Source: Parasitella parasitica NRRL 2501 (lineage: Eukaryota > Fungi > Mucoromycota). From it: a stretch of DNA of 64,000 bases. The notes under the pieces are model-generated. The model saw only the letters and a list, made by a program, of their open reading frames with translations. It did not search any database and had not been told where the DNA came from. The position numbers and the translations under genes are program-made. Positions 53,714 to 64,000 of the stretch are shown here, piece after piece (within the stretch, counting starts at the first letter, position 1; each line of letters starts with the position of its first letter). Location: NCBI GenBank assembly GCA_025201805.1, contig MU619243.1:207436-271435 (forward strand), in the 5' to 3' direction.

Positions 53714-55513
53714 TTATATTCTACATCCATTGAATATCAATAGATCAACTGATTGACATTGGAGATAAATATGGGACTTTTGCATTTTCTTGAGTCTACG
53801 AATATAGGGTCGAAATGTTTGCTGGTGCATGGATGATTTATACAACCGGATATCTGTCGTTGATTTTGATTTTTGCTGTTGGAACAAGGCCAAATGGTCC
53901 ACTTGTTGATCCAGACACTGCTTCAATTTTGACAAGACAACCTGATGCAGGTTCAGATTGGGCATGACTAGATCAAAACTATTTGATACGCATTCCCTGA
54001 GAAATACATCCTTTAAATTTTGACAAGTTGCTGATAGATAATTAAACAGTTCGTTTGTGTCATAAAATTCAACACGGTCCATTCGTATAGAGCGCAAACT
54101 GCGATGACGTTGTTGCTGTAGTAAGTGGTTTATATCTGCTGCTATTAGGCCGTTGACCAACTTTAAGCTTACTAAAGCAGGACACGATGCAAGAATGATG
54201 TTAATTGGGTAACCAGAGTTAATCTGGCCATTGTTATTATGATAGACCAAGTTTTGCTTATGTTGTTGTCCAGATTTGTCAATTACCTCCAGATGAGTTA
54301 ATTGACGTAGATTGGTTAGGACTGAGAAATCAATCGAGTTCTGGGAACTCCATAAAGGAATGCAGAGATGAAAAATGCTGTGGACCAGGGTTGGGCTCAT
54401 GGTAACACACTGCAACGCTTTGCCGGTAGTCTCCAAGCTGTCTCCCCATAATCCGAGCTGCAGTTGGCTTAGATGTTTATTCTTCGGTGAAATGGTGGCA
54501 TCACCGAGATACAGTTTGGACATACTATTGGCGATTACCAACCTTTTCAATAGTGCAAGGCTATTAATAAAGGATGCCAAGGCTAGTTTTTCTTGATTTT
54601 CTGGTGCTATTTGTTGCCGAGGAATCTGATAGGGAGAAGATAACGATAATGTCAACTCGATCAATTGAGGGTATTTGCAGCTAAAATAATGGAGCCATTG
54701 GGGGATAGCGTACTTTTCGATCAATATAGACAAATGCAACTTTTCAAGCTTCGATGGTCTTGCGATAATGTGCTTCTCGCTGTCATTGTCGCTATTTGAC
54801 TCGATCAGACGTACAGAATCAACCAAATCCAACCTCTTGAGATTAGGAAGGGAAAGATGCAGTGCCTCCATGTCTTGTATCGAGAATGCCATGACATGTT
54901 TTGCATCGCTCATGCCATCAGTATCAATGACTAATTCCTCAAGGCCCGGTGTAGACTGGAAGATGTCGAGGAACCTGCCTTTTTTATGCAACTTGAACAT
55001 GTCTGATCCACGAAAATGCAATCTTGACATTAGCAGGCCTCTTTTAGACTGAATAAAACTAAGCTGCCTTGGATGATCCAATGCAGGCAACGTTAGAAGC
55101 CTATTTTTTACAGCTCTTTGCACCTGCTGTGTATTTAAATACTGCCACAGCCTAGAATCAAACTGTATGGAATTCAGCAGAGGCAACTCATTGAGCACGT
55201 TGATCAGCTCGTCTGACGTAACACCAACATGGGCTGAATACAATGGAATCGCACCGGTGACACGGTCCACGTTGTTCTGCTGCTGGTGTTGCTGGTGTTT
55301 TTCGAACGTGCCAAATTGAATAGAACGTACATAGTATTTATGTTGGCTGTTGAACCATTTTTTTAATTGTTGTCGATCTTTGAACTCAATATGCCGATAA
55401 AGGGACCGACAAAATGGTTGATACCATTTTTTGCATATAGTCAACCCTTGATATTGATCGCTTGAAGGCAGATAGCTTGCTACAATTTCAATGATTTCTG
55501 CTGGCAAATGCAT
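53714..55513 (-). CDS. F-box protein with degenerate LRRs
   Basis: MHLPAEIIEIVASYL...ICKKW..LYR F-box; LxxL repeats; intronless, 599 aa. Confidence 0.88.
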   Translation of the reverse strand: MHLPAEIIEIVASYLPSSDQYQGLTICKKWYQPFCRSLYRHIEFKDRQQLKKWFNSQHKYYVRSIQFGTFEKHQQHQQQNNVDRVTGAIPLYSAHVGVTSDELINVLNELPLLNSIQFDSRLWQYLNTQQVQRAVKNRLLTLPALDHPRQLSFIQSKRGLLMSRLHFRGSDMFKLHKKGRFLDIFQSTPGLEELVIDTDGMSDAKHVMAFSIQDMEALHLSLPNLKRLDLVDSVRLIESNSDNDSEKHIIARPSKLEKLHLSILIEKYAIPQWLHYFSCKYPQLIELTLSLSSPYQIPRQQIAPENQEKLALASFINSLALLKRLVIANSMSKLYLGDATISPKNKHLSQLQLGLWGDSLETTGKALQCVTMSPTLVHSIFHLCIPLWSSQNSIDFSVLTNLRQLTHLEVIDKSGQQHKQNLVYHNNNGQINSGYPINIILASCPALVSLKLVNGLIAADINHLLQQQRHRSLRSIRMDRVEFYDTNELFNYLSATCQNLKDVFLRECVSNSFDLVMPNLNLHQVVLSKLKQCLDQQVDHLALFQQQKSKSTTDIRLYKSSMHQQTFRPYIRRLKKMQKSHIYLQCQSVDLLIFNGCRI

Positions 55514-55552
55514 GATTTATTTATGAGAGGGAAAAAGAAAGAGAGAGAGAAC

Positions 55553-55591
<39 letters not shown>

Positions 55592-55653
55592 AAAGGTCGA
55601 GAAAATGAAGCTATATTTATAATCCTCTTTCAATTGGTACCACAGCGCTAGCT

Positions 55654-57689
55654 TCAATCCAATTGTTCGTCCTCGAGCTCTTCTTTGATTTTCTTTTTTA
55701 AATCCATTAGATAGCGTGAAACTTGCATACTCTTAATGTGCAACTTGTTTTTGTAATCTGCGTATCTTCTTCTTATAGTGTTAGCTGTGCTTCTTGTAGA
55801 CATTAGTCGTCTAAAGTCGAGTTCAAATCCATCCAATAGCTCAATAGAGCCCCTTACATAGTCTTCCAAACCTCCAACTTGAATTCGGTGATGGTGAAGA
55901 AAATCCTTAATATGAGCAAGAGTAATTTTTTCGTATTCGTGGTCAAGTAATTTTGCATGTTCATCCAAGACGGTTGAACAAGGTGCTGTTATTGTTGACG
56001 GCTGTGAATCGCTGCCATAGTTCAATGATGACTTTGGGATTGATTCACCCCTTAACTCCTTCACTCTAATATGGAAAAATCATGAATAAATACAGCCTAT
56101 ATAATTACAGAATTACGGCATGTGTAAATTATTTACCTGTTTGCATATCTTAGCGTATTCAATGTGTGATCACTGTTTGATTGATTTGGTGATATTGTCG
56201 CAATCATACATGTCATCGAGCTGCCCACAAAAGAATCTCTCAATACCATCGTCAGTTTACTACCACGAAATGGCGCATGTCCTTTATCCTGATCCAAAGC
56301 GCGAATACATTCCTTTAGTGCTAATAAACTTCTATTAATTTCTGCTCCCTCTAATCTTGTTTTCGTGTCTGTGTTACGCCCACGATCAGATCCTCGCTCG
56401 CTTCCCGCCAAATCGATAAAGTTCAGTTTACCATGAATAGCTAATTTTCGATTTTTCAGCAAAACTTGCAATACAGCATGCGATCGAGATGAATTAGCAT
56501 TCGTTTGCGTTTTGCAGGTACTTCGATCTCGGTTTCCAAATTCGAATACTTGCTTGAGGGTGCTTAAGGAATGAACTCGATGCTCTTTTAATCCCGTAAT
56601 TACTACGTTGCCTTTGCCGTCTTCTCGAGGTGCCAGTTTTTTGCGATTATTCAACAAATCCAAAAGCTGCCCTTGATATATTTCATAGTATCCAACCCAC
56701 GTTTGCAACCCTGCGTAGCGGTGATCTTTTAAAAGTTCAAAGATTTGGTTGATTGCTAAAAAATATAGTCCATTTCGAGGGTCAAGCATAGTGAAAGTTT
56801 TGCCAGATCCAGTTTGCCCACTAATAAAACGGATGTAATGCGTAGAATTAGGTACATTTGATTTGGTCATGTGAATATATAGCGCCTTTACTATGCAAAG
56901 CAAGTAGCTTTTCCACCCCGGAGCATGTGTTCTACTAGTGGCTGTATCGTTTGTTGATAGATCTGTATTTTAAGCATTAGCTCTCAAGACAAAGAAAGGC
57001 GCTGCCATTGGCATATATTTACAGATTCATTTGACGCATTGCAATCGAAAACATGGTCGAACGTGAACGAATGTTGGAGTGTGTATTTTGTAAGATCCAC
57101 CTTTTGTCTAAGACACAATACCGCTTATTAGCCTTCTTTCTTTGTCACTTTGCTACACTTACTTGGGCGCATGAATTTCAATGGTCCTTGAACTGATTAA
57201 TTCACTGGTGTCTGGTTCATTTGTAGCTATTTCATGTCGGTTTAATGGCCGTTTTCTAATACATACTTTGATTTTTGGATACGGTAAAGATGAGCTGATT
57301 CTAGTAGGAGAGGATATGCTTGTAGATGGAGATTTAGGTTTATTTGCAGACGTTGTAGATGTGTTATTGTTATTATTATTAGATGGTTTTGTACAGATCG
57401 ACCCATACATGGGCTTTTTAAACATTGTTTGTCGTCTCTTTGGTGTCGAATATACAGGTGGTCTATGTGTATATACAGGTCTAATATCGGGTATCATATC
57501 CCTTGCTTGTTTTTTGGTAGACGGTGGAGTCATTTTTGCTCGTTTTCTTTTGCATTCAATATATTCATCCAAGGACATTTTATTGTTGTCATCCTGTTGA
57601 GTAGCTACACGCTTTCCATTGTGTCGCTTTTGGTTAGGTGAATATCTGATAGGGCTCTTTAGGATTGGTTTTCTTTGTGGTGAATACAT
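55654..57689 (-). CDS. Kinesin-13 (KIF2/MCAK-like) microtubule depolymerase
   Basis: IKVCIRKRPLN, KVDLTKY, FTFDHVFD, GQTGSGKT, SSRSHA, FIDLAGSERG, EGAEINRSLLALKECIRALD; internal motor domain. Confidence 0.93.
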
Positions 57690-58319
57690 AACACTAAGAT
57701 TCTCGTATCGAACATCAAATATACAAAGTATTTGTATTACAAACTGTAAAAAGGAGGAGAGATAAAATGCAACGGACAGTTTATTTGTTTTCTTACTATT
57801 CAAAGGCGCGCGAAACCTAAACGCGACCAACACATTTAAAGGTTTTTAGGGGTCGACTTGGCGGTGTCCTTCTCAAATGTCATAATTAAGAGATATTCCG
57901 TCAAGGTCGTTAAGGAGAGTATCAAAGCAACATTTTGTTATATTTTTTGAGTAAAAGCAGTGTACAAAAAAAAAAAAACATATGTAAACAACGTAAGATA
58001 TACAATTTTTAGTTAAACATGCCTATAGACTATACACAGTTTATCGAAATGAGTTTATTGTAGAGGAAATTGCTGCTCAAACGAACTACTGTAATTGAAA
58101 GCTGCTGATACTAGCTGTGGCATTGTCTCTCAACATGATGTATCTGATGTGTGACATCCACTGAAGTTTATATGTTTGTTTGGGTGCTTGATACATCAGA
58201 TACTGTATATCAGAAATGTTCTCATAGTTATCTTTGGGCTATTCACATCAATATGTTTTTAAAGTATAAAAAAATACAATCTTTATTAATATATAAACAT
58301 TAAAATAAAACTACATAAC

Positions 58320-58860
58320 TATGCACTTCTTGGTTCTTATGGTACTACATGTACCACAATACTAACACAATCAACCGCGAGAAGGTGAGTGCATATCTGA
58401 TTGCAGCCCCCAGAACTCAAGACACCAGCTAGGAAAGGGTAATTACTTCCCACATTTACCGGCATGGAGGACCAAACGCGCTATCTAACTAAGGTTAGGA
58501 GTGGAACAAGTTGAATTGTTCTTTTTAGTAAACCCTAACTAGTACTAGTGCTGCCCGCCTACTTAAGTGCATTTACTAACATCAGCTCCAATCTGCGAGC
58601 CATATGCCTCCAGGGAAAAGCCTACCTTCATTTCCCTGTAGTTTTTTCCGGCTGGCAGACAGAACACGAGCGGTAGATCTTCCCCTAAACCCTATAATGT
58701 TCGAAAAATGTGAGCATAAGGTTACTCGGATGGTAGGGCAGAGCCTTTCACCCGATGTTTGTGTTGGACAAACACTACTCGCATTATTTCAAGGGTTAGC
58801 TTTACAAGGGAGCCGACTCCAAGTAACCAGGTTGGATCTGTACACATGCATAGCCGGTCC
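58320..58860 (+). ncRNA. Candidate structured ncRNA (telomerase-RNA-like) or retroelement LTR-derived element
   Basis: GC-richer island with no credible CDS, many nested and crossing helices, G-U pairs favouring the + strand, and AACCCTAAC at 58531-58539. Confidence 0.4.
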
Positions 58861-58902
58861 TTTAGTCACGTTCTTGTAGATGTTTTCAGGCGTGGTAAAG
58901 AA

Positions 58903-58940
58903 GAAAAAGAAAAAGAAAAAGAAAAAGAAAAAGAAAAAAG
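58903..58940. repeat. (GAAAAA)n purine tract
   Basis: Directly visible. Confidence 0.9.
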
Positions 58941-59415
58941 AGGAAATGGAAACTCATGGAATAACCACCCGTTTTTTCATGAAAACAAGTCTCTTTCCGC
59001 AGCCATCTTTGAATGTGCTATAGGTGTGGGTAAGGCGAGTAAAGAGCATTCATACTGCTGTCAGTTTGACTAGCGTTTTGATCTGTGTTATGCAACGGCA
59101 GCTTTGACATCCACTATGGTTCCACATCTTTAATGCATTTGGTAAAGGGGATTCGTTCATTTAGCTCCTATTCAAAACAACCCTGAGATCCCTGCAAAAT
59201 AAGCAAGCAGTTCATAGCACCGTTCTTTAAAGCACAGTAATAGGATCCCAATGCTGCGGGTTGCTTTATACTGAAATGAACCAAAAAATCAATAATATAA
59301 AAAGAAATAGTATTGTTACAAACGACTCATGTTAAGCTATTATGCTAATGTACATGCAATCATTTTTATTGGGGTCTAGTATTTATTGTAAATGTAAACT
59401 ACATCAGGAATCGTC

Positions 59416-61958
59416 TCAATAGCCATCCACTAATGGAATTTTTACAGTTTTCTTGTCTCTACGAGGTCTTGTTGCCATGCCCACAGAAGCTCTCCAATCA
59501 TCTGGCAAAGAAAAGGTGAATTCAGAATCAAACATGTCATCTGGAAATCTCCAATATTTCTTTTGCTGTGCCAATACACTTTGAAAAGTTCCTATGGCAT
59601 CTCGATTTGGTCTGGTGTTGTCGAGTGATTCCAAGAAACTCACGATTTGTTGGTCTGGTAACGTGCCTGGTAATAATAGCTGGGCTACACTGGCTGCACA
59701 AGAAGATGCTAATGGCTGTAGCTCGTACCCTCCCTCTAATGTCAACACTAATCGACCATGACATAAATCTTCGGCCAAATCCTTGACCATTTTGGTGAGT
59801 AAAGCATATCCCCGAGGTGTTACATTGTAGCCACCAAGCTTTTTGTGTACAAGACGTGCGAAAAGGAGAGAGATCAGTCATCGATGCATTTAACAGGCAT
59901 GTAAATATCTCACATTTTTCGGATGTCCTTCTGCTGCATCGAAACCAGCGGAAACAAATATGATGTCTGGCTTGAACTGTCTTGTAATGGGTAAAACAAA
60001 ATGATAAAATGCGGCTACAAATTCAGTATCGCCCATGGGTTCTTTATACATACACATTTGTTACTATCTGCTAATGAAATACATCTATTGCTGGTGCTTA
60101 CTTGGCTTTCTGTCATGTTCAGTAAAGGCAATATTTACATTTTTTCCAATGCCTTGGTACTCTCCACATTCATCAGGTGCACCGCTAAACGGATAGAACT
60201 TTCCATTTTCCCATCGATGCACTGAGATGTACAACACATTTGGGTTATCGTAAAATATTTTCTGAGTGCCGTTACCATGGCTAACACAGTAAATAAAATA
60301 GAAAAAAAATGAAAAAGGCATAATTACTAGTGTACATAACATAGCAACGCAAAAAAGTACTTACTGTATGTCCCTACCGTATTTTAAATCAAGTTAACCA
60401 CACATACAAAGTTTTATAAGCATTTTGGTGTGTCTTACCAGTCAATGATAACAACCTTGCTAATTGTAGACGCGTATTTTTCGAGAGTATCTGCAGCAGC
60501 TATAGCAATATTATTATAGATACAATAGCCCATGGCAAGATCATCCTCTGCATGGTGGCCTGGAGGCCTAATCAAAGCAAATCCATTTCGTAGCTGACCT
60601 TGGACAATAGGTTCGACAAGAGAAAGTAAGGCACCTGCAGCAATTTTAGCCGCCAAACTACTGTACAACGGATGAAAAGTTGTATCCACAGATATGCCCA
60701 ATTCACCACAAGCCATCTCGCAAACAAGCGTAGGCGGTTCCGTCGGTTGCGGGTTACTTTGGGAAGCATCTGTGAGTGCAGCTGCCGTTGAAAATCGACG
60801 ATGCTGTCTATTGATGTGGTCTTGGTCAGCCTTGATAATGATACCGCCGTCTACGCCTCTCAGGGCTTTGTCGGTAGACAGCTGTTGTACGCGAGGGTTC
60901 TTTGGTGGCTCCGGGTTCAACAAAGCAGCGATAGATGTTATTTTCAATGGATTTTTTTCTTTCTTTACCAACGTGTCTTCATATATTGGGTAATAATTGC
61001 GAACATGGCTGAAAGTATGAGCCCGTAGCAACTCTTGTGTTGTGATTTCTCGGGCATGAATTCGCTTGAAATACCTTAGCATTCTATAATACATGCGGTG
61101 AAGGTATATTAGCATACGTTGTAAACATGTATTTCAATGCAAATCGTGGTTAATCATCACCTATTTGTATGAAATGCCTGCAGAATTGATCCAATTCTAT
61201 CAGGCCTCTCGGGATGAATAATTTCACGGGAATGGCACGGACAGCAATGTAAGTCCATTCGTCTGTCTTGAACAATGCCAGTATTCCGCCTTGCCATCTC
61301 GCCAGCTTTTGAGTTGTAAAAATTAGCGTAGTCGCTCCAAGACTTGCTAGACTCTGGGCCAGTTGCGCCAAACTGCAGTTTCTTTACACTTTTAGGAGCT
61401 CGTATTAATGTTGGGCTTATCCAGTCTGCGTCTTCTAGCGGCCAGCCTTCATAGTGCACAAACACAAGCGCCTCGTCATTGTGGTCTCTTGCTATCTCTA
61501 CAATACGAGCTCCATACCACTCTCTAGTATCGTGTGTCCATTTCCTCACCTCTACCTGATCACCGATCTTCCAGTCTTCCTTTCTTTCTGTGGTGATATT
61601 TGACAACATTGGCAGCATTTACATGTTAGAATAGCTGAATATGCCGTCCAAGGATTTGCATACCTTGAGAATGAGCCAAGTTGAGCTTCTGGAGTTTCTT
61701 TCGGGTGAAAGCTGCGCTTTTGTCAGATTTGCATGGATATTCCTTTCCATAAAGTCTGGATGATCGTCTCTGTCTTTTCGTGGATCCAGATGACGAGGCA
61801 ACGGACAGATTGCTGTCACTTCCTGGCGAATAAGTAGATCCTCCATGCAGGTTTTGGCAAAGAAGAGGGGTATTGTCTGACAAAGGAGTCGATTCCTTTG
61901 ATGAAGCCTATGATCTCATCAGCGTTAATAAATTGGTCATTTCTTTCAAACAAACCAT
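59416..61958 (-). CDS. Class II histone deacetylase with an N-terminal Tudor-knot/chromo-barrel domain
   Basis: [49 protein letters not shown]; Tudor-knot IGDQVEV...WYGARI...VHYEGW...DWI; the start ATG appears to be the last 3 nt of the first exon. Confidence 0.92.
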
Positions 61959-62431
61959 TTCGAATTGAAAGAACCGAACAAATGTCTCAATGATGTTTTT
62001 GCGTCACATAAACGACGCCAGTGGTGTATCGGATATATATTTAAGACTCTATGTAATGTAATGAACACAGTGCACAAAAGTGGAACCTCTTTATGATATC
62101 CTGGACTGGCAAGACATTTAAAGTAGTAGTCCTTTATTGTCCATGTCAACACCACATGGGTTGGAAGCACTGGTTATTCGATGCGTAAAAAAATATTGCA
62201 TTGTAGTAAAAACACCAGATTTTAATAAGGTGCGATTGCCAGGTATACGTGTGCGTCCAACGTAGCCACAACGACCATCACCATGAAGGCATGATTACAC
62301 AAAGAGAGGCCATCTGAGTGCACCCATTTTTAGTTGTTTTAAGGCCGCTAAAATAATGCAATAAATCTTGAAACAACAAGCAGCGGCTTTTTCTTTTTCT
62401 TTTTCTTCTTCTATTACAACGACAGCACAAA

Positions 62432-64000
62432 ATGGCCATATTAACGTGGTTATTTGGATTATTGTGTATAATCCAACTAGCAACAGCTTACGAATACAAC
62501 CCGCTCCTGGAAGACTATGATCTTGTCCCCAATACGCCACCGCTAAAGGCAACCTTCGACATGTTTGCTGCTTCTGGCGACGACAAGGATTGTCCTCCCT
62601 GCTTCAACTGTCTACTGCCTGGTTTTGAATGTCTCCACTTTGCAAACTGCTCTGAGTATGACGGTAAGTGCAACTGCCCTCCTGGATTTGGTGGTGATGA
62701 CTGCAAACAGCCCTGTAAGTATTGTATTCAATGTTTCTGCATAAAACTGGTTTGTTAATGCAGACTTATCTCAAGTGTGTGGTGCTCTGCCTGATGGTCG
62801 CAACAGAGTTCCTCGAGAAAACAATCATTGCGATTGTCCTGAAGGATGGGAAGGAATAAATTGCAACGGTAAAAGTATAACGGGACGATTCGTCACGGAT
62901 AACTGATAATGAAAGGAAATTACATTGTTTTTTTTTTAGTGTGCAAGACCGATTCGGTATGTGATTCCCTTGTGCCTACTGGACAGAATGGCACATGTTA
63001 TAAAAATGGCATTACAGTCTTTGAAAATTATCAAATGTGTAATGTTACCAGTAAGTGCAGTTTTTTTTTTAGTAATGAAATGTATACCACAATGCTAATG
63101 GTTCCAACGTTTACGTGATAAAAAAGACCGAAAAATCTTGGATCAGTTGAAAACACAAATTCCTCAAGTGACCTTTTCCTGTAACAAGAATCAAGCAACA
63201 TGTGATTTCCAATGTAAGCTATTCTTATAAAATGCCACTGCTGCTGTAGCGTATATTCACCCTTTTGTGCTTTATATATAGTTTGGGTTGACGAAATCGA
63301 ATCATTTTACTGCCATCTGAAAACTTGCAGTTTCGAACAGCAGTACGAATACGGCAAAAATACAACAAAATATACTTGTGAAAATATCGATTGTCGCTGC
63401 ATCAAAGATGAATTCCTTTGTGGCAAAGATGGCTCCATTGATTTGACAGGTAAATACAGGAACTGCGGTTACAAATCAACATGTCAGGCAACCATGCTAA
63501 AACTTACATGTGCCACATATATTTATAGATCTTTTGGCAGATGAGATCAAGGGCCCTGCTTCATTCAATTGCGCTGGCCCTAATTGTGCATTCTCAGAGC
63601 CTGCTATGGATGATCTGATATCTGCTGTCTTTGGGGATGATTCCATCTTCTTGGACTGCCATGGTGGTGAATGCTTGCACTACACAATGGTGCCTGGATT
63701 CGAACGACCCGAAAGACGTACCAATTGGATCATGATCATTAGTGGATTGTCTGGCGTGGCTGTATTTTTGGTTATCGTCGGCTGTGTAGTCACTTACTTT
63801 GCTAGAAAGAGAGGACCCGAGGGTGTGATCGAGATTGCTGATGATGAGGCGGGCAAACTCATGTCAGAACATACACCCACTAGTCTTATCTTTGACGATA
63901 TCAATTATCAGGTCAACAACAAAAAGATCTTGGAAGGGGCAAGTGGTATGGTTCAACCTGGTCAGGTAATGGCAATTTTAGGGCCTTCTGGCGCAGGCAA
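62432..64000 (+). CDS. ADP1: Adp1-type ABCG transporter with EGF-like ectodomain (runs off the window)
   Basis: Signal peptide, [10 protein letters not shown]...[24 protein letters not shown] helix, Walker A GPSGAG at the window end. Confidence 0.93.

Noticed and set aside
58611-58676. RNase P/MRP-like words GGGAAAAGCC and ACAGAAC
   Set aside because: Too close together, with no proper P4 pairing; no convincing snRNA, U3 or snR30 signatures either
58604-59073. 91- and 104-aa ORFs
   Set aside because: No recognisable motifs; one runs through the (GAAAAA)n tract
58090-59320. Clean solo LTR call ending ATTGTTACA
   Set aside because: No left TG boundary with a target-site duplication matching AACGA; kept only as an alternative hypothesis
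61946-62170. 74-aa ORF upstream of the HDAC
   Set aside because: Wrong phase to splice into the HDAC frame; probably 5' UTR or promoter

Overview
AT-rich, intron-containing fungal nuclear DNA, most likely Mucorales (inferred from short GT-AG introns, a U12-type intron and the gene repertoire). It holds about 24 host protein-coding genes: a pepsin-like protein, prefoldin 3, EMC5, TAO3, PRP40, MMM1, an orphan secreted protein, SLU7, a SAP-domain protein, LIP2, an REase-like protein, holocytochrome c synthase, verprolin, POM33, a TLC protein, mitochondrial TyrRS, GET2, SRP receptor alpha, an LRR protein, uL24m, an F-box protein, kinesin-13, a class II HDAC and a partial ADP1. It also holds a truncated Ty3/Gypsy-like gag-protease remnant, several repeats and a 10-N gap. 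Main points of interest: (1) a ~550-nt, heavily base-paired island with no credible CDS at 58.3-58.9 kb, with telomerase-RNA-like features, although a solo LTR/retroelement leader is a real alternative; (2) an animal class IIa-type HDAC fused to a Tudor-knot domain, whose metal-ligand codons sit on a 9-nt micro-exon; (3) a U12-type intron in prefoldin 3; (4) an aspartic protease with both catalytic motifs degenerate; (5) an intact 7-exon PD-(D/E)XK-like gene; (6) an LRRC58-like LRR/SOCS-box protein; (7) a 12-nt CDS overlap between convergent genes. All gene models were spliced by eye and no searches were run.
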